From the human T2T-CHM13v2.0 reference genome, Homo sapiens, in the NCBI RefSeq assembly GCF_009914755.1, contig NC_060927.1: a stretch of 64,000 nt of DNA. One strand, given 5' to 3'. Made by a program: the position numbers and the translations under genes. Positions 22,931 through 37,945 of this stretch are shown one piece after another. Each line of letters starts with the position of its first letter. The stretch's first letter is position 1. The notes under the pieces are model-generated. The model had not been told where the DNA came from and made no database searches. It saw only the letters and a list, made by a program, of their open reading frames with translations.

Positions 22931-25900
22931 CTCTAGATATTCTTTAAGATATCTTCTGTTTTCTAAATTCTAAATTTACAATTCAAAAGCCAGTTCTAAA
23001 GATTGGAATGGTTCGATATGTTGTGTGTAAGCTGTATATTGGGGATGTGGGATTGATGTAGGGACACTGACTGTGGATCTTTGCTTGCCGAGCTAAGCAA
23101 ATTAGACCAACCCTTTAGATGTGCAGCCCATTCTAGCACACAACATTGACATCCAGAGGAAAAGTGTCATAAGTTAGTCTTAGTTATGGGGCCAACAGTT
23201 TACGTGACCTAAGAAAGTCATTTACTCAGTCTCGGTTTTATTTTCTTTTTTCAACTATGACTCAACAGCGCTCATATACAATGCTGTATGCAGGTCCTAT
23301 ATTTGCAGTAAAGACAGTATCAGAAAATCAAAATAAAGTACATTCAAGATATATACTTACTATAAGAACATAAAATAAATTTTTTCAAACCTACTGATTT
23401 CCAACAGAAATTCAGAAACATAGGGGGACAACTGTACTGCAGAAAGACATGTATTCAGAAAGGTAATCAGAATGTGAAATGTTTACTGCAATGCTTAGGT
23501 AAGGAACTTTTGCCCCTGGCTACCCTCCAAGGTCTAGATGACACATGTCTCTGGTGAATCATGAGGTTGCTAATTGTAAGCTTTATGGATTCAACAACCA
23601 GCACTGAGAAGACCTGCAATGATCAGCAGCCAAAGCCAATGGCACAGCTTGGAGCCCGGCGCTTTCTGTTCTTTGTGTTCATACTAGTTCATTCTCTAGA
23701 GAAGGTCAGAGTATTCCATACAAAACTATGCTCAGTTTTCAAGTGTGAAGCTTCCATGACAGGAAACACATCAAGGCTTTTGACAGCTGATAACTTTGTA
23801 CCTCCTCTCTGAGGGGCTCCTGTTCAGAACAAAAATGTAATATAGCTCCGGGTGTTATCAGAGCTGTTATAAAATGCACTTGGGCATTCTGAGGATTCAT
23901 GCTTAATGCCTTTCTATAATTTGTGCAGAATGTGTGCAGAGTCCTTACAGCATGCTAATAACATTTTGTTATGACACAGTGCAGCACCACAGAGCCAACT
24001 TACATAAGGATAGAACAATGATGTAGAAGGCAAAGATAAAGATTAGAATTTCAAGTTAAAAAGCAAGGTTTTATAGAGGCCATTGATAGGTTGGAGGTAA
24101 AGCAACTGACAACAACTTAAAATAGTTAAAGACATTTAGGCATATCTTAGAATGAGACTCGACTGACATTTTGAAGGCAAGCTTATAGGAAAATTAATCA
24201 CATGAGGAGTGTTCATTGACTTTCTATAGAAAAAGTATTGAGATAAATTTGCAGGTATTCAATAAAGTAGAGTGCCTATCAAAATAGGCAGCCTGCGTTA
24301 GGACGTCACCATTTTCCATACATGTGTGTGTTTTTCTTCCTAAAAATATTGTCTATATATGCCAGAAACAATTGTGGCTGAAATAAATTTCTTGTATCAA
24401 CAGGATCTCAGCTTATAACTTTACATCTGAGAATGAAGCCAAACAGAAGTACTTGCTTTTGTTTGTGGCATTGCTCCCGATTTATTTGAATTTAGTCCTG
24501 TCACTGGAGTTCAATAAAGTCAGGCAGTGAATCCATATGGATTTGGGTAATAGATTGATGTTCTGATAATGAGAATCAATCCAGAATTAAAATTAATTTT
24601 AGGTGAAGAGTAAATACGCTGCTTTTAGATACTCATGAAACTCTGCTTCCTTCTTGTAAGTAATGATGAGAATGACATGGATATGTGAAGAATAGAATGC
24701 AGAATAAAAACAGAATAAATCTTCATGTGTTTCATAAACAAAATCCAGGGCTGGTGGTAAGTATATCAAAGCATTTGTGTTTTATCTTTGAAGGAAATAT
24801 GAAATGTTACAAGTTTTTCATTAATTTATGTAGACACTAAGTAGGACCTGAGAGAGAAATAATAATTATACAAAATAGTGTTTTATTGGATAAATGCTTT
24901 TTTGTTAAACTATTGTACTTGAGTGAGAAATTATGGTGTGTATTTTCTTTATATTCACTATTGTGCATTTTGAGATGCCATTATGCCAACAGATTATAGG
25001 CAAACCTGATGATTATGCTCTGAACTGCATCCATTATATTTATTAAACCACCTTTTCTACTACCTTTTATGAATGTTTAACTATAGAAACTTCAACGTTT
25101 TAAAAATGATTTATATAATCAAATCATTCATGTATAATTAATTCTACTAATTTTCATGAGTGTTTCAGGTCATTTTGGCATAATTAGCCATTGTTGAGGG
25201 TTTTCTCCCCCATCAATTAAACTAATTGCTTTCCACATAGGTATAGATTGAATATTGATCCCCATTTTTTTCAGCTCACTTGCATAAGCAAATTATGCCT
25301 AATTGCCAGCTTACTACATCATTACACACTTATCATCAATTATACAAAAATATACTCTGCTAGACAAATGATTTCTTTGTGGCATTTTGAAGGGCTTTTT
25401 AATTGTGATGCTTAGAACAGTATTGTCATTTTAAAAAATATTAAACACCATGTTTAAACCAATAACGCAATAAAGCGTGTTATTGGTTAACAAACATACC
25501 AGCTCCTGGCTAGACCATCATTTACCTTGGAATATAAAGAGTTTCTTAAAACAATTTGAAGGAAACTCATTGTTATTAAATATAGTAAATCCACCAATGC
25601 AAATATTAGAATAAGTTCTTTCTAAATTTTTTAGCTTAATCTTTATCTTTCCCATTCCACATATTTATTTCTTCTCTACCTGACGAAAAGTCTTTGAGAA
25701 GATCTGAAGAGGTGGTGAATTTCAAAGAATCACTATACAGAACACACCAACATTTTTAAAAGTCAGGAGATAAAAGCAACCCCATTCATCATGCATTCTG
25801 TGCAGAGCATTAATGTCTTTTAGTGATTTTACTGGGCATTTGTCTTCACTAGTTTCTCAGTTAGATTCTTTAAAAAGTACAGAAAGATATGAAAATAATA

Positions 25901-26941
25901 TAATCCCAAGATTCTCCTTACAGATTTCTACACCCTATGACATAATTTTCACACATTAGCTCTCCATAGAGAATGGAGATAAACCAAAAGCCAATATTAA
26001 AATGTATTTTAAAATAAGTGGGAGGACTGTCCTGATATGACAGTCTTATTTTAATCCTTGGCTATTCCACTAATAAAATCATATAATATGAGCCACTTTT
26101 ACATTGGTGCTCACCTCATGGAAGCCAGACTTTTCTCAACAGGATGCCACATTTAGCAAAGTAGGCCTCCACAGGCTGTATCTAACACCCACAAACAAAA
26201 GCTGAGGATGCGAAAAGGTTCTAAATGATTCTATCGCTTGAAACTGCCTGATAATGAGTCTTGAATTACCTGTGGGGATCTTGATGATCAATTCTTTATT
26301 TACACTTTAGGACTAACCTTACTCTTTTCTTATTCAAGAAAGTTGGGGAAGACGGAAAGAAGAAGAGTATAGTAAATATTCCCTTACTCATTGATATCTT
26401 TTTAAAACCAAAATGGGACAATTTTAGAAGACCATTTCGTTTTAATCAATTTAATGTAATTTAACCATTTTCTAAAATTGGATGATGATTTTGTGCCACA
26501 AATCCTAGGCTCAGCTTATGGAATCACAGGACATCAGAGTTAGAAAACCAATGGGAGATTTACATAGCTTTAATCACTGACATCCAGTATCTATTTGAAT
26601 TCCTCTAGTGGCAGGTGACTTGTTTTTACCTAGAAAGCAGCACATAATATTTCAAGGGAGCTTCAGTCATCACAAGGTTCTTAGACCCATTCATCCCATC
26701 TCTGCACTCTTTCAAATCTTGGAAAGAACTTATATTTTTCTCCTCACAGGTTATAGTTTGTGTTGATAACTCTCATAAATGCCTACTCTTTTCCATTGTT
26801 GACCAAACATCCTTAGATCTACATTCTCCTTGTATAGTTTCAGACCTTTCAAAATCTTTGTCTACGGATATATTTCATGCATATCTCTTTTTTGATGGCA
26901 TTTAAGGTTTGTGAACAGGAAGGTAGCATTTATAGAAATCA

Positions 26942-27340
<399 letters not shown>

Positions 27341-29142
27341 TCACCTTACATAAAATATACATGTATTAAGAATGCTAGTAGAGAATAATACATAACGTTG
27401 TAAAATGTGTGCTATTTTCATTTCTTAAAACTGGAATTATACTGAGTTGTTATTATATTTGACAAAAATAAGATAGAATATTTAAAAATCTTTTACAAAA
27501 GATGGCATCACCAAACTGTTGATTCATGATAACTTTTAATATCTGAAATAAATTTTGTTCAGTCTAAAAACTGCTAACAAGAAAATATCATGTAAGTTTA
27601 AATACCATTTGATATTCTTTGGGTCTTTCAGTTTATTTTATTTTTACAAAGTTTTATGAATGGATTTATTTAAGTAATATTATAATGTAAATAACAAGTC
27701 AAAATCAGGGGTTTGAAAGAATCGTTTCTCTTAAAATGGGTCTGAACCTTATTCGAGTTTGGGAAACACTGGGCTATAAAATAAAATTAAACTTTGGATT
27801 GGTATGCCAGGCCTTCCATGATCTGGCCCTCATGGTACCATTGCTTCATGTCCTGTCAGTCTCTTAGTCAAACCTGAGGTCCCACCAACACTGTAATTTC
27901 CATGTCCTTATTCTAGCTGTTCCCTCTACCCAGGACAACCTTATAAACCTACTCAGAAAAAATAACACATCACAGACCATAGATAGGTCTTGGGATTTTA
28001 ATCCTCCCAGAATGACAATTAGAAATTACCTACTCAACTGAACAAAATGGTACAATCTGTCTACCATCTCATCATGAGATATGTATGAAGCAGTCTTCCA
28101 CATTATTGTGAGGGATAGACTGAGCACCTGTCAGGCCACCACAAGGAAGTCAATACGTTCCCTCTAAGCCAGAGAAGCCAGGACCAATAGCCCAGACAAA
28201 ACGGAAACTTCAAAAAACAGGCCCCCATCAGGCTTAAAATGGTCACTCCCAGTCATTCCCCACAACTGTCTTAAGCATTTTGCTTGATAAATACAGACTT
28301 TTGACCAGAAGAGATAAACAACTTTGATGTTAAGGTTGTTATCATTTGTGATAACATTTCGATTGATTTTAAACTTTCAATGGTACTTCAATGATGTCAA
28401 TAATACAAACCTGATTTAAAGCTGGGAATCTAAAATGAAGTCAAGTATTTGCTGAAACATTTCTTTATTATGTTCAAAATGGTAACTTTCATATGAAAAA
28501 AAGATTGACAACCTGTGTCACACCTTTACTAAGACTTCACAAACTCTTTTGTGGCCAGTGTTACTTCTGCTTTCATAATGGCCGCTTAAAGACATCTTGT
28601 ATTGTTTATACTGACAACACATCTGTATTTCTTATTGTTGACTCAAAATCCTCTCTCATTAACTTGAATTAAAATAGAAAATAGCACTGGTCAGGCCTAA
28701 AACTACTCAGCAAACATGCACTTTAACAGTAAATTTACAACTCTTTACAACAGAAACCGCGCACTCTTCTTTAATTGCTACAGAGAGGTCAGTCTTTCAA
28801 ACCAAATAAGAGTAAGAGATGCTGCTTTTATCATAGCCTTATGCAATTGTAAAATAGAGAGCAAACTAAGGTCTGCCGTTCTTTCTCCACCTGCTTACTT
28901 TTGGTTATATCTCATGACAGATTTTGAAGCCGATTTCAAAGGGCAACATCTGTTGTTTGAACTATGCATGGAAAGTTTACATAAAGCTAAATTTATAGAT
29001 AGCTAAGGCTATGAAAAGTATTAGAAGAGGATGCTGAAGATACAAAAGTAAAATAAATGGTGAATTTGGATGAATCGTAGTGAATTAATTCTCTAATTGC
29101 ATTACTTATTCTGTTAATAGGAAGACATTTGAGCAACTTATA

Positions 29143-29600
29143 TATGGAGGGGTTCAGGGCATGATGCCCCAGAATGTGGCTCCTTGGCCTTTGATAAAAC
29201 AGCAGAATGAGGAAGGTCAGTCTCTGACCTTCTCCCATCCTTCTCCCCTGAAGTAGGTCACAAGACCCTCATTAGAGAGGTATTCTGGCAGAAAGAAACA
29301 TCCTTATCTCTGAAAAGACAGAGAAGAATCTGAACAAATGGCCTTAACAAGTTTATTACCATTACATCCTAGACCCTTTGTTCATCACACTTTCCCACAA
29401 CTGTCCACTTTGGGTCAAACCTAAGCATAAAGACGAACAGGTTTCCTGTTTCTTTAGGTCTTCATTTCTGAAGGCTCTCATGTCATGTAAAGCTTATATC
29501 AAATATATTTTTATGTTTTCCTCTTGTTAATCTGTCTTTTGTTACAGGTGCCTCAGCCATGAACCTAGTATTGGATGTGGAAAATAAATCTTCACCCATT
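29143..29600 (+). mobile_element. ERV1-class solo LTR (MER34/MER39-like)
   Basis: GGGGTTCAGGGCATGATGCCCCAGAATGTGG start, CATCCTTATCTCTGAA, GAAGAATCTGAACAAA, CTTGTTAATCTGTCTTTTGTTACAGG blocks. Confidence 0.65.
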
Positions 29601-29732
29601 TATAATATTCATGACTCCAAAACATGTCCTCTTTTAATATCCCAAGCTGGGTTTTATTCCAGGCCTCCCTAGGGGTGTCATGGGAGAATAAATGGCAAAT
29701 TTAGAATTCTTTATACATTATATTAGCCACAG

Positions 29733-29777
<45 letters not shown>

Positions 29778-29865
29778 TATATACACACATATATATATAC
29801 ACATACATATATATATATATATATACACATACATATATATATATATATATACACATACATATATA
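29733..29865. repeat. Compound (TA)n/(CA)n microsatellite
   Basis: Directly visible. Confidence 0.98.
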
Positions 29866-29867
29866 CC

Positions 29868-30161
<294 letters not shown>

Positions 30162-31341
30162 TATATATATCTTTTGTTAAGAAATTAGAATTTACTCTTT
30201 AAGATAGAGTTAGGCCTAGTGGGGTATTTTGAAAATGTTTCTGAAAATTCGCCTATAAATAACCCTGATAATTTTACACTGTCTCTAAATTTACTGGAGT
30301 TCTACCAAATGCCTAAAGCAAATAAGTGTGGATGTTAAACATTAAAGGCAATACTTCTATTCCAACATTGCAAATAACTGACTGCTCTGAACCTTACTTA
30401 TGAATGGCGATACTTATATGACATATTAAAGTTTAGAGTGCAAGATGTGTTTTCCTGCCTGGGACATTATATTTGATAATTATAAACTGATATTTTAAAA
30501 TGCATGCATGTCTTTATTATTTTTAAAAAGGTGGGTTTCAATATGAAAACACCTTTGTCATGTTTTCCTTCTTGTGTGTTTCATGGATTAGAAAGCAATT
30601 TAAGATTTAAAAAAATGTTTACTGACCAACAAGTGTTTTGTTTAGAAACTGTGAAAAATAGAATTGCTGAGCTAAAGCAGGCGATAAAACAGATTGAGTT
30701 TGTAATACATTACTTACAATGTGTGCTTAAGACATCCACAAGTAAAATGTGTCTTATTATAAAATAAATATACATATATATACACACACACATAGTGTTT
30801 TCAAAGCACAGTGAATTAATACCAACCTCAAATTTCATTCTCGCTGCACAAAACTAACTTTAAATTACACAGTAGTTTTCTCAGAAACCAATGTCAGATA
30901 TTAAAGGGTCTCATCCATCTATAAAATGTAATAGTTGAAAGCATCCATCTGATAGTCTGGGCAAGAAAGTGCTAGGTGAGGAGGAATGGGATAAGGAGAA
31001 GTGACAGGACAGTCAGGCCTTGGTAAAAATCACTTCATTGGTTTAATTGAACAATTTCTCTACCATAGAGTAATAAAGAAAATATCACACCCAGTAACAA
31101 TAGATAGTTTCCAAGTTAAAAGAAAAATATGTTGCACCTCGTTGGCGTGTTCTCATAACAAGTAGAACATAAAGTTATTAGCATGCACCATATTCCATTT
31201 TAATTTCTGATCTATTTATCTTTCTCTTTCATTAAATTATTAGCTCCTTTAAGACATATCAGTATATCTCTAAAATCTAACAAAGAACACAGTGCCCAAC
31301 ACGTCGTAGAGAATCAAAGATAATTTTTTGTTTTCTGTTAA

Positions 31342-31747
<406 letters not shown>

Positions 31748-31764
31748 CCAATCACTCTTTTAAA

Positions 31765-31970
31765 GCTTTTCTGCATTAACTCATTCATGTTACAACAACT
31801 CTGTGATGTAGGCACTTTGATGTACCTGATTTATCCACAGTTGACAGATGAATAAGCAGGGTATAGATCAGAAAGTTTAATTTTCCAATGTCTAACTGTG
31901 AATAAGTGGCACAGCCGGGATTTGAATCTAGGCCATCTAAGTCATGAGCCATAGCACATACCCATTACAT
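31765..31970 (-). mobile_element. MIR SINE
   Basis: CATTAACTCATT...ACAACTCTGTGATGTAGG...ACAGATGA...GGGATTTGAATCTAGG. Confidence 0.7.
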
Positions 31971-32324
31971 AAAATATCTACATTATTAAAACTAAACAAT
32001 GCTTTGGAGTCAAAGAATATTTCTATAGTTGGGGCAACAATTTTTTAAATTAGTCATCATGATTATAATATAAATATTATTATTTAACTGTAAATTTAAC
32101 TAGAGGTGGCAAAAGTGGATGGCTGAGAGTCGAGGCAGGTAAAAACTTAACCTGGGTAATAGTGAAGGTGAGCAGTCTGTCTTCAGACTATAAATCATTA
32201 AGTCATAGGCAACCTGAGCTATCAGGAGAAAGCTCAGAATATGACAGGAAGAGAAGGGAGCTGAAATGGAAGATGTGAAAGGTGTTGTAGAGTTCAAACT
32301 TGCCTGAGCTGATCATATAACCTG

Positions 32325-33396
32325 TTTCAATGAACATCTTTATTTCTGCCCTCATTTTGTTATTTACCTAGATGGTTGTTCAGTTTCCATGTAGTTGTGT
32401 GGTTTTGAGTGAGTTTCTTAATCCTGAGTTCTAATTTGATTGCACTGTAGTCTGAGAGACTGTTTGTTATTATTTCCGTTCTTTTGCATTTGCTGAGGAG
32501 TGTTTTACTTCCAATTATGTGGTCAATTTTAGAGTAAGTGTGATGTGGTGCTGAAAACAATGTATGTTGTGTTGATTTGGGGTGGAGAGTTCTGTAGATG
32601 TCTATTAGGTCCACTTGGTCCAGAGCTCAGTTCAAGTCCTGGATATCCTTGTTAATTTTCTGTCTCATTGATCTGTCTAATATTGACAGTGGGGTATTAA
32701 AGTCTCCCACTATTTTGTGTGGGAATCTAAGTCTCTTTGTAGGTCTTTAAGACCTTGCTTTATGAATCTGTGTGCTCCTGTATTGGGTGCAATCATATTT
32801 AGAATAGTTAGCTCTTCTTGTTGCATTGATCTCTTTACCATTATGTAATGCACTTCTTTTTCTCTTTTGATCTTTGTTGGTTTAAAGCCTGTTTTATCAG
32901 AGACTAGGATTGCAAGCCCTGCTTTTGTTTTTGCTTTCCATTTGCATGGTAAATATTCCTCAGTCCCTTTATTTTGAGCCTATGTGTGTCTTTGCATGTG
33001 AGATGGGTCTCCTGAATGCAGCACACTGATGGGTCTTGACTCTTTATCCAGTTTGCCAGTCTGTATCTTTTAATTGGAGTATTTAGCCCATTTACATTTA
33101 AGGTTAATATTGTCATGTGTGAATTTGCTCCTGTCATTATGATATAGCTTGTTAGTTTGCCCATTAGTTGATGCAGGTTCTTCATAGCATCTATGGTCTT
33201 TACAATTTGGTATGTTTTTGCAGTGGCTGGTACCGGTTGTTCCTTTCCATGTTTGGTGCTTCTTTCACAAGCTCTTGTAAGGCAGGCCTGGTGGTGACAA
33301 AATCTCTCAGCATATGCTTCTTTGTAAATGATTTTATTTCTCCTTTGCTTATGAAGTTTATTTTGACTGGATATGAAATTCTGGGTTGAAAATTCT
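32325..33396 (-). mobile_element. Internal L1PA (PA7/8-like) fragment: ORF1 end, spacer, ORF2 endonuclease domain
   Basis: ORFs 33200..33493 (QPRISYP...RDFVTTRPALQEL), 32904..33443 (LNVNGLN...CCIQETHL), 32360..32614 (SKIDHI...SDY); no poly-A end. Confidence 0.9.
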
Positions 33397-35739
33397 CTCT
33401 CCATATATATATAGAGAGAGAGAGAGAGTGTGTGTGTGCACATATTTGTTCTCTTTCTCTGGAGAACTCTAACACATGGCTGTTACAAATCATAATATGT
33501 ACATATTTCTATTGATTATCTATTAAGGAGTAAAATTTCTGGGTCATAAAGTGTGCATAGGTCTGACATTAGCAGACAATGGTAAACAATTTCTGAACTA
33601 GGTCAATTTACACTGTCTCCAATATAAGACTACCATTTGCTCTAGAGTCTCACCAAAACTTGATGGCATCAGTAGTTTTTAATGTAAACCTTGCCATTGT
33701 TTTGAAGTTATTTTAATTAACTTATCTTGGTCTCAAATATATATTTGTTGTTACCTAGAATGTAATCTGCTGATCATCAGCTAATTATGAGAATGAGACA
33801 AGGTTTCTGCTTCCATAGCTCAGTGGATAAACTGTCTTCATGGTAAAACTGATCAGCAAAAATATTTCTCACCATGCTGAAATATGCTGTGCTTGTTCAT
33901 CACAATCTGCCTTTCTGGTCTTGTGGTCAAAAAGTATCATGCTAATCCTAAATGCAATCTGTTCCTTGCTCCATCAAGTTGATATTAGATAAAAACTGAC
34001 CCCAACTTGATACCTTTGCTAGCTCCAAATTGGTGTGCTAATGGGTGATTTGGAGATTTACAGTCTTTTAAAACATGATTTTTGTATATCCCCCCAAATA
34101 TAAAAGCTCCTCAAGCTGCTTGCTACAAACACCTCCTCTCTTCACTGTTGCCTGCATGAGAGTCTTCTCTTTTCCTTCTGCAGCTACTGATTCACTGCAA
34201 AATCAACTCAGACTAAGTGCAGATTTTAAATAGCATGGCGAATTGAATGATCCCAGTTTTAAATATGTCAGGAAGGTAATGTGGAGTTTTCTAGTACAGC
34301 CATTAGTTTTCCTCCTCCTGTGTTGCAGCTGCAAACACATTGGCATTCTCCAAGACTGCCTCAATATACTGTGTGTGCTCCACCCACGATTACAAAATAA
34401 TTGGAGTGTTAAGAGAAACATGGCGTGAGGTGTTGGGAGTTGGAAGGCTGGCCTTCAGGAGCAACTCTATCTTCTCCCTTCCAGGCACTTGATTTGGTTT
34501 TTCCTTAGTTCAGATTCGATTCTGAATCTGAAAATGTTGCCTAAGCCCTAATTCAGAAATCCTTTGCAAGAGAGCTGAAAAATTTGCTCCAAAAAAGAAA
34601 AAGGGGAGAGTTCTAGACAGAAGTAATCAGCTACCTGTAATCATAACTTTAGCATGCTTTTACCAAAAGATGATTAGAAGGATATATCTGCTTCATCAGT
34701 GATTTTTAAGAAAAATTTCATTTTCTTATTGATAGAAAGACACGTGGATAAGTATACTGATAAATGGCTGAGACTATCCAGCACACTAACAAGGTAGCTT
34801 CACACATTTCTAGGTGTGAAAAAAGTGCTGGGAATGTTAAGTGGATGTGACTACAACATCCCCCAAATGAGACCAGCTTTCTTTCAGCTCTTTTACTTTC
34901 AACTAAAAGTGAAAAATGTTTATCAGCTGAGGTCAGGCACTGGAAATGAGTAGTGAATGTAAAATACAAGCTGTACAGAATTGTTCCACATCTAAACCTG
35001 TGGGTGGATATTTGTGCAATAACCCCAAGGGTCTACTTTATTTTAACTTTTCAGCATAACTGAATGGCATAGCAAGACACTTATCTGTTCAAAATTCATG
35101 AGAGAGACAGAAAATTGATAAACTCTTGCAAAAATTTCCCAGCCTTCTTTCTAAGAAGAACCACAATGGAAATTTGCTGGCAAAACTAAAAAATTATTGT
35201 AACAATATTAGCAAGGGGCATGCTTTAGCCTTCAGTGTTTAAAAAAAAATTCCCTTCCTCATGTACACAACTTGGTATACTCTTAGCAAAGTTTGTTATA
35301 CTCTTAGCCTTTTGGAAAAGGAGAAAGCTTTTGGTATGCCCAATATGAAACAAATTTTTATAATCTTTTTGTAATAATTTAAAGTAAGTCTATGTCATTT
35401 CAGAATGAGCACAGTGGAAATGAACAATTTTTACAAGTAGTGAAATAGTCAATACACAAAGTATTATTTATTGTTGTTAATATGTTTCAAATAATGTTAA
35501 CAGTTCCTAGCACATAGTAGGAACATAGAAAATATTTGTTTCTTTCAATATCAGTCATTTTTTATTGGCGACCAGCTAAAATACGCTCTAGCTGATTTAA
35601 GTGGAAAAGGGATTCATTAAATAGATATTAGATGCTTCTCAGGATGATGGGGAAGCCTGAATAATGTGGCTCAAGAAATAGGCAGTAAACAAGTGTCTCA
35701 TATTTTCAGCTCCCTAGTCATTTATGTATCAGTCATTTA

Positions 35740-35868
35740 TTGCTTGTTTCTTTCCTAAATAAATGATATATTCTCTTTTCCTGTGTTTGAGGATCACTTT
35801 GAAGATCCTCAAGATCCTCAAACATAGGAAAAGAGAATATATCGTTTATTTAGGAAAGAAACAAGCAA
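35740..35868. repeat. Long inverted repeat, 56-bp arms, 17-nt spacer
   Basis: 35740-35795 is the reverse complement of 35813-35868 with 2 mismatches. Confidence 0.97.
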
Positions 35869-36711
35869 ACAAATGATGATGAAAATGGTGTCCAATGAAA
35901 ATACTAAAACGTATGATTACATGGTTTATATAATTTGGGTATCAATTAGTTTGGTTAATATAAATAGACAATGTGGAACTTTTAAACAGAAGGTTAAAGC
36001 CTTCTCTTTATCTTCACCTGTGGAACCCTCAGAACTTCAGATTAGTGTTAAATCCATTCTGTTGTAATGAGCACCTTTCTAAGAACTGGAAGCAAATCTA
36101 AAAGGAAGTCATTGAAATCAGAGGGAAAATAAAATATTCTATAACTGATAAAGGGGAAGTGTTATTAACCAGTTTAATGGATATATTTTTAATACATAGT
36201 AGAAATGTCTTTGTTTGTAGAAATGCTCTAACAAGGACTCACTTCATTTCAACTGCATCACAGCTTACCTGTAATGTTTTGGGAACTTAAAACCTACAAT
36301 TCTTCATTTAACATACGGAGTCAACCTTATGCCGATTCTTGATACTTAAAATAAAGTTTCAAATAAAGTGACAATAAATGTATCAAAAGGTCTTCCTAGG
36401 ATAGATAGCTTGATATTTTTCATTGCCAAAATCTCATAAACACCAAGTTGCATACATGAATTATATTCACACAGCATACGGAAGTTTTTTTTTCTAAATT
36501 CTCTCATTTGAGTATTTTTTTCTCAACTACTGGGCCATGACTCATGAGCATGTGGAGCAGATGTACTTGGTTTTATTTATCTATTTATTTATTTGCATCT
36601 GGTTTGCATAGGACAGAATAAACACAAAATAAGGACCTAAAATTGCTTACTTGGGTGATTGAATGCATTTATCAGGTTGGTCTATTACTATCTTAAGAGC
36701 TACACGATACA

Positions 36712-37048
<337 letters not shown>

Positions 37049-37257
37049 TTATATTTCATAAAAATTTCAATGAAATAGTAATTATTTTTCTATCATTAAT
37101 TTTTATCACGATATTACAAGTGATAAGAAAGAAATCAGAAACATTTTCTGCCAAAGTAAAATGAGGTTTATCATTCATATAATAACATGAATATTAAGCA
37201 GTTTTCATATGCTAGCCTATTTAATCCTCACAATAATTCAGTGTGGGAAATAGAGTT

Positions 37258-37727
37258 CAAGGTACCCTTGAACAACAAGGGGGTTGGGTTGCTGACCCCT
37301 CATGCAGTCAAAAATTCACATGTAACATTTGACTTCCCAAAAACTTAACTTCTAATAGCCTAGTGTTGACTAGAGCCTTATGGGTGACATAAACATATTT
37401 TGTATGTTATATGTATTATACAATGTATTCTTACAATAAAGTAATCTAGAAAAAAGAAAATGTTGTTAAGAATATCATAAGGAAGAGAAAATGTATTTAC
37501 TGTTCATTAAGTGGAAGTCAATCATCATAGAGGCCTTTATCCTTGTTCTCTTCAGGTTGAGTAGGAGGAGGAGGAGGAGAGTTGGTCTTATTGTCTCTGG
37601 GACGGCCAACGTGGAAGAGGCAAATAAGGTGAAAGGAGAGGCAGGAGAGGCAAGCACACTTCCTGTAACTTTTACTGAAAATAATGTATGTATAAGTGGA
37701 CCCTCCCGGTTCAAGAGTCCACCGTAT
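37258..37727. mobile_element. Tigger2a/MER28-like TcMar DNA transposon, inserted in a MIR (about 37200-37257 and 37740-37800)
   Basis: CCCTTGAACAACA...CAAAAACTTAACT.CTAATAGCCTA...GTATAAGTGGACCC...GTTCAAG; MIR pieces either side. Confidence 0.85.
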
Positions 37728-37802
37728 TATACTTAATTTGTTTTTAGAGATGAAGAAACAGAGCAATTAGAAATTTGCCCAAGGTCACATACTTGTAAGA
37801 GG

Positions 37803-37945
37803 TGTATATATATATATATGTATATGTATACACGTATATATATATGTATATATATACACGTATATATATACACACACTATATACATATAATATACATATG
37901 AAAATATATGGCATATATTATATAGAAAATATATATTAATATAGA
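37803..37945. repeat. Degenerate (TA)n-rich simple repeat
   Basis: Directly visible. Confidence 0.9.

Noticed and set aside
37475-37766. Three overlapping ORFs with poly-R/L/P
   Set aside because: Derived from the (GGA)n tract in a non-autonomous Tigger2a; no transposase motif
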